Positions 26,560-39,920 of a stretch of 64,000 nt of DNA are shown here, in pieces. The stretch's first letter is position 1. Each line of letters opens with the position of its first letter. A program made the translations under genes and the position numbers. The notes below the pieces were generated by a model. That model saw nothing but the letters and a program-made list of their open reading frames with translations. It did not search any database and was not told the origin of the DNA. This DNA comes from Octopus vulgaris (Eukaryota). The stretch spans positions 111,724,001-111,788,000 of the forward strand of contig OX597817.1 in assembly GCA_951406725.2 (NCBI GenBank), written 5' to 3'.

Positions 26560-28080
26560 GTACTATTCTTACAACGGCCCGATTAAGGCATTTACTGGTG
26601 GTTCGACAATGACAAACTCTCCAGAAAACAAATCGTGAAATGAATAATCTTTAAACACAGGTTAAAGTTAAGCTTTAGAACTTGTTACGTAGTTTTCTAA
26701 TCCCAATTTCGTTGACAAGGTATATCATTCAATTCCAATCAGCTTAACGTCATAAAGGATACCACGAAGAGAATTTCACTATTGATTTGGCTTGAAATTT
26801 TTACTGACCCACAAGTAATAGAAGACTGAAACAATTTTAAAATCAATATTAAAATATTTTTCAATGAAAAATATACTTCGCCCAACTACACTGACACCCA
26901 AAGTCTTCGATCTTTAAAAACAGGTTAGTGCAAGTAAATATATTAAATTATTTTTTTATGTATAACTTCAATATATTCACTCAAGCTTTAATTCTTTAAA
27001 AATAAATTCGAAAGAAAATACTGTTAGGATCTTAAAAACAATAATGGCTGGAATACATTCGAGGATGTCACAAAGTGAGTGCCCATCGTCTATGTTATGA
27101 TTTTTAAGAAAAATAATAAACACGGGTTTTCAGACATAAATACATTCAGTGGCGATTTTTATGAGAAACGTATTTAAGTTGCATAAATTTAATTATTCGG
27201 AAAAATTTACGAATGAAAAAGAGAATGTATGATTATTAAGCTATGCTGACCATTTAAGTAAAGGTGGTGGGTGGGTGGGGTCATATAATGGACGACCAAG
27301 CTTTGCCGTGGGTCAAGTTGTAAACAAATATTTCACTTCGGAGAAGGCACCAATGAATAGGAAAATCTCTCGGTTTCTTACTCTATAAACATTTCTACTG
27401 ATATATAAAACAGATAACACGAAAAAAACAATTCAAATTCCAAAGCCTACAGTAAACAGAAAACTTTATCAAATTTACAGAACTACGCTTAGGAGCTGAC
27501 ATTTTAATAAACACAATTACAGCCAAATTCTGTTGGATACTTGAATGATTTTGTCGAGTGAAATCATAATTAGCAACCAAATAACGTGAGGATTTAACGC
27601 AAATCATATTATTGCCACTAGTTTAAAAAGTAAATAGAACAAAACGATGACTTACTATTTGACAAGAAAATAACGACAGTAAAAATACCGGTATGAAAGT
27701 TTCCGAGGAGAGTCCGAGGCTAAGCTGTTATAGTAGTTGTTGTAGTTGTTTACTTTATCTACGGAAGACCAAGAACATCATAAAATTATTTTGCTGACTC
27801 GTCTTGGAGATTGTGATAAATGAAAATGACAAATCTATTATTCTCCAATGTATTTTATTTACGTCGTAAATTATGATAAACGCACTTCAAGAAATTATGT
27901 TTGTGAACATTATCATGAAAATATTTTACTCTATTTTCTGCCACATCAATAGATTCGACGGAATGATAAATTACAAGTTGGCAAATCGTTTTTAAAAGTG
28001 TATTATTAATATTTAAATGTGGCAATTACATTTTTTAATACATTAATTTAAATTTCAAAATGGCGAGAATCATTATTACA
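26560..28080. promoter_or_regulatory. CpG-retaining unique region; candidate promoter and first exon of the ZNF gene
   Basis: CpG dinucleotides visibly more frequent than in the flanks; minus-strand donor-like ccg|gtattt at 27689/27688; aaaatggcg (YY1-like) at about 28057. Judged by eye. Confidence 0.45.
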
Positions 28081-29270
28081 AATGCAGTAAAAACCAATTT
28101 GGGAATTATAGAAAAGAAAACACTTTAAGGTGGGGGTGACAGTATTTATTGCAAACAGGACTTTCAGACAACTTGAATGTAACTAAGATATTTTGAGATT
28201 AGGGAAAAATAAAATTCTCTGGAATAAACAAAATTTTATTTTTGCTGCTCATCACAATGTAAATTAACCTGGGAAAAAAAAGAGAAAATTATAATTTTGG
28301 GTACCTGTATGCCTTAACAACAAAAGCAAGACATGAGATATTTTTCAAGTCTTCATCAATGGCCAAAGTATTAACTGACTATTAGTTTATTCCAAATTAG
28401 TAAATGTTGCTCAGTCTCTACAACAGAATCCCTAATTGCATTCCAAATCTTGTCAGCCAAAACATTTTTATCTAATTAATTGTATCTGTTTTCCCTTTGA
28501 TGTCTTCTTTCACTAATTCCCATCACAAAATGCATACTATCCATATACATTATAAATTCATTCTAGCAGAGCTATTTCTTTTATATCAGTCAATGCTGAT
28601 GCTCCACAGTCACTTTCTAAACAAGCTTGTTCTTAGACTTTCATATTCATGTTGCATAGCCAACTATCATATTCTAATCCTCCAGCTTTGTGGTTTATAT
28701 TTAATTAACACACACTTCAAAAGCTACATGTTCATTATGCAATCTACCTGTTGGAACATTTTAATCGTTTTTTCTTTTTTTTTTTTTTTGTTGGTAACAA
28801 AATAATAATCAGTTGCGCCTGTTAATTTTGTATTTCATACTCATTCACAGCACAAATTACATCACTTGCATCATAAAATTTTTATACAATCTCAAGCAAA
28901 CCACCAGAGAACACACCATGGCCTGCAGTCTTTGACCACACAGTATTTATTTTATCAATTTAAGCATCTGTGTGAAGCTAGAAAAGCTATATAAGAAAAT
29001 GATAAAAAAAAGAAAGAAAGAATGGACAGTTAGATGCTGCTGTTGTTGAACTTTTTTGTATCTTCCATGAATTGGAAGATCTTATTTTTGTTGGTAGATC
29101 CTTGAGAATGAAATGTACAATTTGGTAACCTTTTAAAGACTAGTTTCAAAGTGTCATCTTTCTCAGGTTGATAACTTTTGAATTGGAACAAATAGTGATA
29201 AAGTTTCTTGGTGATTTCCACTAGAACGTAATAGTGATCCTATGCAACATTTTCATACGATATATTTTAA

Positions 29271-29474
29271 CCTTTTAGCATTTAAACTGGCCATATCCAG
29301 CCTAACTGCTTTATGTCCAAACTGGCCAAATCCAGATCTCACACATACGCAACAATGTCATTCTAAAAGTAAACAATCACATCATTGAACACTCAGCTAT
29401 GAGATAATGCATAATTCAGAGCAATATGAATAAATAACCATTACATCTGACAGAGTAATCTGAATGCTAATGGA
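29271..29474. mobile_element. piggyBac-like MITE
   Basis: TTAA on both sides; imperfect TIRs ccttttagcattta / tgaatgctaatgga. Confidence 0.7.
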
Positions 29475-32049
29475 TTAAAGTAAACTGCACAATTGCAAAC
29501 AGAATAGTGATAGTGTGGAACTAATTCTGCTCTATTATACAAATAGTTGCATTTCTGCTGTGTCTATTGAGAGCACTTTTAGCATAATGATCAAGTGAAG
29601 TGGAAAATGAAACCAAATGTCTCCCTGGACAGGATGCCAGTCAACCACAGGAAACATTTTTTGTACAGTATTCTGAGCCATCGCCAATTTTACAGAACTT
29701 TTGTCCAACAGTATTTACGTGCAATTAAACAGTTATTTAATATCATATGAGAAGACCTCTGATAAAAGACATTCCACCATAACCATTTTGCTTATCAGGG
29801 ATGAGACTGTCAAGTATATACTTCCATTTATAATCACTTAGTCGAAAGGGAAAGGATAGTACCAATGACCTTTTTCAGAGCCTGTGAGACTAGTGGCAGA
29901 AAGAGAGGAAGTTATCTTTAAACCAGGGACCTGGCCTGAATACTTACAAAAGAGTGGACTCTGCTAAAGACATTCAAAAACCATGTGGCGATGTTAAAAT
30001 GAGCAACAGATTAAGTCTACTATCACTTGAGACTGTACAGTGTGGTTTGTTGGCAATTTGCTGCTGTTTCTAGCATACCTAACAAAAAATTATTGTGCAT
30101 TCTTTTAGTAGTGCAGCCTGCTTGATGACAAGCCATGTCTCATCAGTCCCACTTTTTGAAAAAAGTTGTCTGTGCAGGATGTAGAAGCTCCCTCATCTGA
30201 ACCATGGGCACAGCATAGCGTTGATTATAGACACCAAACTACTCACCTCTCAACTAGTTGACCAGTGTCCTATCAGACTCGACCACCAGTTCTATCTATT
30301 TACATTAAAATAGGTGAAACTCTCAAATGATGTTCAAGAGATGATACTTGATGTGTTAACTTATACTCATTTGTTATATCCTCTGACATCATAATTTTCA
30401 CTTCCTAATTATGAACATAGATAAAAAACTGTTTATTTCCAAATAAGGGTAACAGTTTTCAAAAATTCTTCAAATCACCCTCAACCCCCAATATTATGCT
30501 ATGATTAACTCCTTCTCTAAGGCAGAGGATTATATCCTAATAATTAGAGTTTTGAACACAATGTTTTGCAGTATTAATTACAGCTCTTTAGGTTCTGAGT
30601 CCAAATCCTACAGGGTCAATTTTGCCTTTGATACTTCCAGGGTCAATAACATAAAGTAACAGTTCAAGGCACCAAATTGATGGAATAAATACATTGGGCA
30701 AAATGCCTTCTAATGCTTGTTCCAGCTCTTTATTTTCTGAATTCACCTATGAATCGATATTTCTTTGAGCATTTCTCAAAATGTTTCTGGTTTCCTTCTA
30801 CATGAATATTCATCTTAGACATATTTGCCTTTAGACCATCCTTGTTTTAAAGTTACAACTGCTTAAATTGGAATTTTAATAAAGCTGGCTGTTAAAACTC
30901 CAATTTCCTGAGTTTCTTAATAGCTTCAATGTCTACAAATGAGATTTATGTTGAGCCTTAGTAAACTCTCACATTTAACTGAAACTCTTCACTGAGTTTA
31001 TTCTCTATCCTAATTTTGCTTTTAGTCCCTTCCATATATAGACTTGACAGCTTCTTTAAACCATTCATCTTAACTTAGTTGAACCATTGTTAAATCTTGT
31101 TATAAACATTCTCTCAGTGCAAAATAGATTTGTTTGTCCTTCACATGCTCTCTTGCAATTTCCTTTCAAAGAATATGACACCCAATAAACCAATTTAAGA
31201 TGCATTCTGCTGATCTTCTACCTATCTTGTACTAAGTTGGTCATAAATTTCTCCGCCACATACAGTACTTTACCAATGATGTTAATCTCTCTGTTACACA
31301 TATTTAAACAGTTAATAATAGTACCTTTGTATAGGCAATAACACTGTCAGAAAGAAAGGACCACAGGGTCTTCAGAATGGTTTGCCTAAAGAAAATTTAT
31401 CTTGAATATTTTTAGTAGTGTGTCCCACCAGATGATGAGCCATGTCTCGTATGGCCCACTTCTCAGAAAAGATTGTCCGTCATTTTACACCACATCAAGT
31501 CCTTAGGTGCCTTTAGCCAATTTTGCATTATTAATTATGCTAAAAAGGAATATCAGAAATTCATTGCTGCAGACTGTACAGAAACCAGGCATTGGAAACT
31601 CAGTTTTAGTGAGATAAATGCAGTAGAGCATCAAGTATGAACAGGATATCAAGCATTTGATATCCCAGTTGATTCACAAGAAACATGTAAGTTATTTTAC
31701 CTAAAGCAAGGTTGATAGTATTTTGTTTGGAATTTAAGATGGTTAAAAGTTTAAATAACTGCTTTCTATGCTAGCATATGAATGTGTCAAAAGTGTGATG
31801 TTCCATTTCTGTGAAATGTAGAAAATTAAACTGGAAGACATGCAACAATTAGAAATATCAAGTACTTCCTACTTTCATTTGTATTTAACTGATCTCAGGT
31901 TTCTGCCCTGAACTTGAGGTACAGCTGGAAAATGAGATGAGAAAACACCTGGGTACCAAATTCAGTTATACATTTCCTGTGGTAAACAGGCTAAACTTTA
32001 GGAAACACTGACTTTAACAGACCAAATTGGATTACATATGTAATCATTC

Positions 32050-32338
32050 TTAAATGAATAATCAAAGCACTCAGATATTGAATAACTTTAGCTTTACTAT
32101 TTGAGTTCATAGTTTACATTTAATAATTAGTGTTAAATGAGCACATTTACTATGATGGCAAATGATAAGAAAAACAAACAAAAAAACGACACTTGTTACT
32201 GTGTCATGTATTTTTGTTTGTTCTTTTTATTATTTACCATCATGCACTCATTTAACAGTAATTATTGAATGTAAACAATGGGTTCAGACAGTAAAGCTAA
32301 AGTTATTTAATATCTGCATGTTTTGACTATTCATTTAA
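32050..32338. repeat. Fold-back (palindromic) element with arms of about 140 bp
   Basis: ttaaatgaataatcaaa...aataactttagctttact... mirrored by ...agtaaagctaaagttattt...ttgactattcatttaa; centre gacac-ttgttact-gtgtc. Confidence 0.88.
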
Positions 32339-33514
32339 AAACGTAACATAAAAGTCTGAGTGACAGATTCTTGTGTCATATTACAGTTAGATATTGTTCT
32401 TGCATATTTGTTCCAATAAGTTCTATGTATGTAAGCATGGTCATGTGATTTTCCAGGTTCAGTTTGAATGTGAAACAAGCCAATATTTTCTACCATAGCC
32501 TTAGATTGAACTAAGCCTTGTGAGTAGAACTGGGTAGATGGGTACTATATAGAAGTCCAATAAATCTACCTGCTCTGGATTGATAGCTTAATCCAGACTG
32601 CAATCTAGTCCATAATCTGCAGATTGCAGAACTTTCTAAATTGCATGCCTAATGAAAAATTACCTTGAATTCCATTAGTAGTGTAGCCACCAGATGATGA
32701 GACAAATGCAGCCTCATATGACCAGCTTCTCAGAAACAATTGTCTATGCCTAGTGTAATCCATCACCTGGTTCTTTGGTACTTTTGGCCAAATCCATCTA
32801 CTGCAAGCATCATACCAAGACTCTTGTCTAAGTCTTGGGTTCTTCTTCTCTTTTCTCCATCAGACTGTGAGACCCTGCAAAAAAAGTGATAGGCACTTCT
32901 CTTTTTCTCAAATAAAGCCTTAAAAAATAAATACATGTTAAGTATTCACATATTTTTCTTTCTAATTGTTATACTTTTTTTTCTAACATTTTTACATTTG
33001 TTTGCCTTTGCTAGCATGAGTTGAATAGTTCTGTAAACTTGGCCATGTATGGGTTTATAGTCAGTGCTTTTCCTGATAGATGCTGATTCTAATAACACCA
33101 ACCACTCATAAAATAGAAATGATTTCTAATTTTAGTGAAATTGAGTATTTTTCATAATTTTTAGAAAAGTACTTTCATTAAGAGAACCTTGCCTTCTTCT
33201 TCTTCAAGTGGACACAACCAAAATATGTTTCACGACATCTCACAAGGAATCTCTATCATCACTTTTGATAGTTCCTCTTTTGTATCTGTTAATAATATCA
33301 ATATAGTTGAGTGGTTTTTCATTATCTATTAAGTGCAAAAGTTTCTAAAATATAACATCTAATACGACATTCTGGATTATTGCAATGACCAGTAAAGCTA
33401 CCTTACAGTGAACAACAATAGCTGAGATGGGGCGGAATGAGTCCATAAATCTCCTTGCAAATCCTGTGCTTATGCCAAAAGGTGTTTTGAGCTCTCATGA
33501 GATGCCAGATGCTC

Positions 33515-33705
33515 GTTCTAATTTTGGCACAAAGCCATCAATTTAGAGTGGGAATAGAAGTTGATTACATCAACTCCAGTGTTGAACTGGTATTCATTTT
33601 ATCAACTCTGAAAGGATGAAAGGCAAAGTTGACCTCAGCGGAATTTGAACTCAAAATATAAAATGGAAGAAATGCTGCTAGGTAACAATTTTACCAGCTC
33701 ACTGA
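33515..33705 (-). mobile_element. Family-A SINE copy
   Basis: Reverse complement of core: aggatgaaaggcaaagttgacctcagcggaatttgaactc. Confidence 0.8.
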
Positions 33706-33889
33706 CTTCAGATGCCTGATGTGTATAACATCAAGATGATTTTGAAGCTCCTTCTTCGTGGTCCAGGATTCAGTTGTCTATAGCAATGATAATAGATTTA
33801 AAATTTCATAATTCCAAGAACCAGATTTAGACTTAGAAAATTACTATTTGTAAATCTCACAATGAGATATTCAGCAACAGTACTTTGGA

Positions 33890-34156
33890 CTAAAGATTAT
33901 TTGCCAACATAACATGGCAGCCCTGGTTTAGGACGAATGTTGCTGTAATTTAGCCCCAGGAGACATCATCTCCAGCTGGCAATATGATTCTGTGTCCTTA
34001 TATTTTCTAGCAAGGGAATCTAGCACCCCAAATCAAAAACATAAGGACACAGAACATGTTGTATAGCCAGCTGGAAACAATGTCACCTGGGGTTAAATTA
34101 CAGCAACATTCATCATAAGCTAGGACTGCCGTGTTATGTTGGCAAATAATCTTTAG
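33890..34156. repeat. Fold-back element/MITE with arms of about 115 bp
   Basis: ctaaagattatttgccaacataaca...gaatgttgctgtaattta.ccccagg mirrored by cctggggttaaattacagcaacattc...tgttatgttggcaaataatctttag. Confidence 0.9.
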
Positions 34157-34589
34157 ATTTAGACTTATTTGCATTTTATGAAACTTAGCTAATATGAAAT
34201 ATACTTCTATTTTACCTCTATCCAATAGCCCTTACAGTTCTTGCTTATAGATAATGTTTCATAGAAGGAAATTCAATGAAACTTGGCATCAGTTAATTAA
34301 ATATTCAGATCTTTGAGTGGTTTTTCATTTCTATTTCAATTTATTTCCCAATTAATGCACTTATATAACAAGAATTGATTTGCTGCAAACAACAGAATTA
34401 ATATAAACATATATGCATGATGCGGAAAAAAAATGTTAGAAAACAACTTCATATAGCAGGATACAAAATTTTATTGTATTCAAGAAAAGTAATTTATAAT
34501 TGGTTGGTTGATACTTCAGTTTAGACAGTTAAATTATGTGTGCAATGCAAATGCACATACACATATATACATTCTTTATTTTTACATTT

Positions 34590-34936
34590 CTTTTCTTTTT
34601 ATTTGTTTCAGTCATTTGACTGTGGCCATGCTGGAGCACTGCCTTTAGTTAAACAAATCAGCTCCAGGACTTATTCTTTGTAAGCCTAGTACTAACTCTA
34701 TTGGTCTCTTTTTCCAAACCACTAGGTTACAGTGATATAAACAGACCAGCATTGGTTGTTATGTGATGATGAGGGGACAAACACAGACACACAAATACAT
34801 ACATACATATATATGATGGGCTTCTTTCAGTTTCCGTCTACAAATCCACTCACAGTGGCTATACTAGAAGATACTTGCCCAAGGTGCCACACAGTGGGAC
34901 TGAACCCAGAACCATGTGGTTGGGAAGCCAGCTTCT
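34590..34936 (-). mobile_element. tRNA-derived SINE, family B, 5' end cut by the adjacent retroelement
   Basis: Reverse complement matches the copy at 52290-52660 (cttcc.aaccacatggttc.gggttcagtc; ggaaactgaaagaagccc; cagcatggcc...tgactgaaacaa). Confidence 0.85.
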
Positions 34937-36530
34937 TTATTTCATTAAATTTGCCACAAGGGCAGCACACAGAGAGAAGCTTGAGGGCTAGACAGAGACA
35001 TTAATGGGATGAATGATGATGATATAAGGATGGGAGAAGACGAAAAGCGCCTGCCGACTTTCACTTCTCTAAAACATTGTTCTTTTTCCTTTTTTTAAAA
35101 AAAAACACAATGAGGCAATAAACCTCTTACACAGTTCAAAATTAAAAATAAAACACAAACACGAGGCAATATTCCTCTCACTTTTTACATTTTTAGTCTC
35201 TTTTTGAGGTAATACACCTCTTCAACTTTTCCGCCCGGCTAGGCTCCTCGCTTCATTGAAGCACCTGGTCCGTTCCGAACTTAAAGGTTTCAACATAAAT
35301 CTGAAGGAGTCCTTTGGGAAGGAGTTCGTTATCCTGCACAGATCGTTCTCCCATATGACCTCCGCAGCCACCTGCGAAGGCCACTCAGGGTCCTCCATGT
35401 AGGACAGAAGCCCCTCCCACCGACACTTCCTTTCAATTTTTTTGATTTCATTTTGCAAATTTCCTCCCTTGTGGAAGAGGACCAAAAATTCCTCCTCCAG
35501 CGGCACACCCGCCAAAGGAGAATCGGGACACGCCGGCAGCGTGTCACAACCCGCCGGCAATGTCCCTTTTTTCTTTTCTTTTTCCCTTGGGCCGCGAGAG
35601 GGTGGTGTTCCTTTGTTGTGTCCAGTAGGTCCTCCTTTTCTCCCGCAGCTCTCGGGTTCTTCGGTGGGCAACCATTGTTGCCCACCTTTCGCTCCTCCTT
35701 CTCTCTCCATTGAGGGAGCAGGGAGTGATTCCTCTGTTAACTGCTCCAGGATCCTATTTTGGTCCTTGGGGCAGTTTTTCTTGATGTGGCCGGTCTCCAG
35801 GCACAGGTGACACTTGGGGGGGGGGCGTCCCTCGAGCATCACCGGATACCTAGACCCTCAAAAAATCTGGGAAAACCAGACTTTCGGCTGATTGGGTCCA
35901 TAGGGTCAACACAGCTTTTGACCCCTCCCAATCAGCCGCAGGCAAAATTTTTACGTTGAGCAGCTTGGTACTGCTACCACCCAGACCTCGGCGGATAGAG
36001 TCCTCAATTCCGGGTGGTAGACCGCAGACGCAAGCCCTCGTTAACTTTTTCCCATAATAACTGGGGAGGAACATAATTTCATTGCCCTCGAGGGGCTGGC
36101 TTGCAAATTCGCAAGCTTCTTAGGGGGGAATCAAATAGTAACCAGACCATTGCAAATTTGACTCCCCGTGAAATAAATTTAATGGTTGGCATGTATTCTG
36201 TCAGCTCTTTCAAAATTGTGGTTTTCGGGAAGACAGTTATTATATCGAGCGACTTTGAATAAGTCCTCAATACCACCATCTTCCTTTCGAGCTCTTTTAG
36301 CCATGTTTTGGGAGGTGTTAATTCCCACACAAGTAATTCCTTTGCCATTTACAAAAAGTTCAAATACAGTGCAAAATAGAAAAATAAAGACACAAAAAGG
36401 AAGAAGGAAAGACACAACAGAAGGGAAGAAAAAATAAAAATAACAGTTCAATAAAAGTTCTTTTTTTTTAAATAAATGATAGTTGTGAAAAGAGTTCAAT
36501 TCCTGGCAAAGAAATTAATTTTCGGTCGAA
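34937..36530 (-). mobile_element. ORF1-only Tx1/L1-type non-autonomous retroelement
   Basis: Frameshifted ORF1 (36348-35222): ERKMVVLRTY, FLPSYYGKKLTR, EGRPPPKCHLCLETGHIKKNC (CCHC); T-rich 3' UTR ending gcccttgtggc...aataaag; no EN/RT. Confidence 0.75.
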
Positions 36531-36565
36531 AAGGTACTCCTGGCCTATCCTTGTAATCTAATCCT

Positions 36566-36890
36566 TGTAATTTCACTGGTGGTAAACCTGGAGGGAAAAC
36601 GTACAAGCGAGGTTGCAACTTAAATACGTTTATTGAGGCCACACATATATACACAATGGAATGATCAATAGAAAGGTTGGTGTGTAAAGGCTATGGTCTT
36701 CTGTGCTATGCTCCTATCTGGTAGCTGGTGGGTGTTGGTAGAGGCTAGATCACATCTTTACAGTTCGAGGTCCCAGTACAGAAAGAGGAAGAGATAAGGT
36801 CACGTGTCTGAACTTTAATGTTGTGTAACACCCTCTGCCCCTGTATAGCCAGCTTGTTTACCTGCTGTCAAGAGGGGTAATGTGCCTACA
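36566..36890 (-). repeat. 3' LTR
   Basis: TG...CA, similar along its length to 39534-39868. Confidence 0.9.
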
Positions 36891-39533
36891 GAGGCCCCCC
36901 TCTTAGACTGGAAATGGTCGATTAATAGTAGTGTAGGCGAAGTGTATTAGGAGGGCACAGAAGAATGAACCATGGCAAAACAGTAGTATGAACAATTGAA
37001 AAAATACAATACAAGGAAAAACATTCAGCAAAGAAAGGTGTGCAATCAAGGCATATATGTACAATGATACGGAAGAGAGAAAATGTGTATGCAGTGTCTC
37101 TAGCAGCATAAATCTATTTTCCGGAACAGTTACTGGCAAGGCAAAGTTAAGAAATGTAAATAGTCAGAGACAGTTTCTTTGGCCGATGAACCAATCTGTC
37201 CTGTAAGGTGAAGAATGTGTTTGTGTAGTTGGTGTTTTGGTGAGTGGAGGTGGAGTGGCAGTGTTTGTGGAATGATGGGTGTGTCAGCAAGTGGGCATAA
37301 ATGTTTTGGAAAAGGTTTCTTTTACTCTGCCGAATGTCCACAGTGATCAGTTTAGGTGTGCTTTTAAGATTGCACTAGGGTCCAGTGTAGGGAGGTGTGA
37401 GTGGTCCCTTGATGGCATCATTTCTTACGAACACATCAGTCAAAGGTTAGGGTTGGGGTTACTGCAGAGGAAATAGACTGGTCACGAGGAAGCAACAATA
37501 GCAGGTCAGCAAAGATTGACATTTGTCCAAGAAGTGCTTAGGTGGTGCCATACAGTAACTCAGCAGAGGAGTAGCCTAAGTAAGTTCTCCTTGATAGCTG
37601 AGCGGCACCTTAGCAGAACAATGGGGAGAAACTCGGACCAATGATGAGGGTCAGGAGCCATGCGAATAGCAGCTTTAAGCTGGTAGTGGAATCTTTCTAC
37701 TATTCCATTCATGGCAGGATGGCAACTGGTGGTGTGGATGTGCTGAACTCTGAGCAATCTCAAAAACTCACAGAACAGACAAGCTTCAAATTGGTGTCAA
37801 CAATCAGTAGTAATTCTAGAGGGTACTCTAAAGCGAGATATCCACCCAGAGACAAGTGCTCTGGCAACTGTTTCCACAGAAATGTCCATGAGGGGGATGG
37901 CTTCAGGCCATCTGGAGAAACGGTCAATGCAGGTCAATATATAAGTAAATCCACAACTGATCAGCCAAGGACCAACCAGGTTCATGTGTATGTGACGGAA
38001 CCTGGCGTCCGGTGGCTGGAATTTCCAAGAGGTGCTCTCAAGTGACGATGACCTTTGGAACGCTGACATGGTAGACAGGCACATGAGTGTCGCATATTTG
38101 GCCAGAAAAAGCGGGCCTACATAAGCTTTACTGTGGACGCGATGCTGGGGTGTGACAGTGAATGCAGTGCTTCAAAAACAGCAAGGAGGGGCGTCTGGTC
38201 CTTCCTGTGGAATCATCCCTTGAAGACGAACGATTCCTACACATGCGTGAAACCTGACGGGTCAGTTCTGCGACAGCCCGCAAGATTTCAGAGGATTGTA
38301 TGTGAACCAGAGCAGAAGAAGCAGAATCTTGAGAGGAAGATGAAGAAGCAGAGGATAGTGAGCCAGAAAATTCTATAATCCTGTCTGCGGAGGCGGCGAG
38401 TTGTTCAAGGGCCGTGTGTTCCATTATAGGAGCTAATCGACTGGTACATTAGAAGGCATCCTCAAGAAAAATAGTTGCTTGACAAATGCCTGTCCTTCAT
38501 ATGAGCTATTGGACAACTCTTCGATTCGTCGTAAAAACTGGGTGGGGATTCGGTCCCCGAGATGCTCATCCTGCAAGAGTGTGCGAAATTTACTCTCAGC
38601 CGAGGGTGAGTTACGCCGCAGAACCTCGACTTTGAAGGTTTCATAAGTCATATCTGGTGGGGTTCCTGTTATCATATCTCACACTGAAAGTGCGAGCGGA
38701 GAAAGAATGCCAGTAAGAGCGATGTGAAGTTTGCTCTAGGCCGACTGAATGTTAAAAGAAATGAAGAACGATTCCAGTTGTGAAAACCACATCTTAGCAT
38801 CTCCTTGATATTGAGGCAGAGGAAAATGACTCATCTTGGACGACAGTAGGAAAACGGAACGGCACGAAGAACAACTGGTTGAAGAAACGCCGTTAGAAAT
38901 GGCAGTCAAAACACCATAGTTGAAAAAAGACACGATGAGAAGCGAACTAGGAAAAAAAAATTTTTTTTTAATAGCAGAGGATGAAAATAGAAGAAATCCT
39001 AGCTAGTTGATAAGGAACGAATTATGGCCAACGCGTAGATAATCCGAATGGTTGGGAGAAAGAAACTCATACCTGACAAGTAGGAAAATTTTTTGTGTCC
39101 ATGTGAATTCTGGAGAAAATTCTGGACAATTTTTTTCCTTTTTCTTTTTTTTTTATAAGCAAGAAGAAAATTGTCTGGGACGCTGTGTCCTCAAATGACC
39201 GAGTTGTATTTTCGGTTATCACCCGAGAAAAACGATTTGCAGTTTCCCGCTTGAAAATGGCGCCAAAATTTTTCCTGGTGAAGAAGACAATATGACGACG
39301 AGAGGCATCAGTGGTAGCATGTTCCTATGCGAGGAGTGGAGGTCGCCAAAGTCGCGAAAGAGAAAAGGGAATGCGTATTCACTGTTCTGTATTCGCCCGG
39401 TAGTCACCATTTCAGATGAATATGTTCATCTCCCACATTAAGTTGCCATGTTAGAAGTTTGTGTTCACGTCGGGTGTCATCATTTTAGATGGTGCGGGTC
39501 GTTATGAGCCCCTAAATATGGCTCTCAGAGGGC

Positions 39534-39868
39534 TGCAATTTCGCTGGTAGTAAACCCAGATGAAAAACATACAAGCGAGGTTGCAACTTAAACACGTTTA
39601 TTGTGGCCACACGTATATACACAATGTAATGATAAATAGAAAGATTGGTGTGTAAAGGGTATGGTCTTCTATGCTATGCTCCTATCTGGTAGCTGGTGGG
39701 TGTTGAGAGAAGCTAGATCACATCTTTACAGTTCGAGGTTCCAATACAGAAAGAGGAAGAGATAAGGTCATGTGTCTGCACCTTAATGTTTTGTAACTCC
39801 TTCTATCTTTGTATAGCCAGCTTGTTTACCCGCTGTCAAGGTGGGATAGGTGGGGTAATGCGCCTACT
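39534..39868 (-). repeat. 5' LTR
   Basis: Direct repeat of 36566-36890. Confidence 0.9.
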
Positions 39869-39920
39869 TCTTCATGTCGCTAATTTGACTAAAAATGCTA
39901 TTCAAGAGCTCTGCCGTATT

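Larger units (their letters stand above)
36566..39868 (-). mobile_element. Internally deleted Ty3/Gypsy LTR retrotransposon (gag and integrase remnants, no PR/RT/RNase H)
   Basis: Direct repeats 36566-36890 and 39534-39868; PPT next to the left LTR (36891-36905); gag (MWFSQLESFF, EHLGDRIPTQFLRR) and integrase ([35 protein letters not shown]). Confidence 0.92.
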
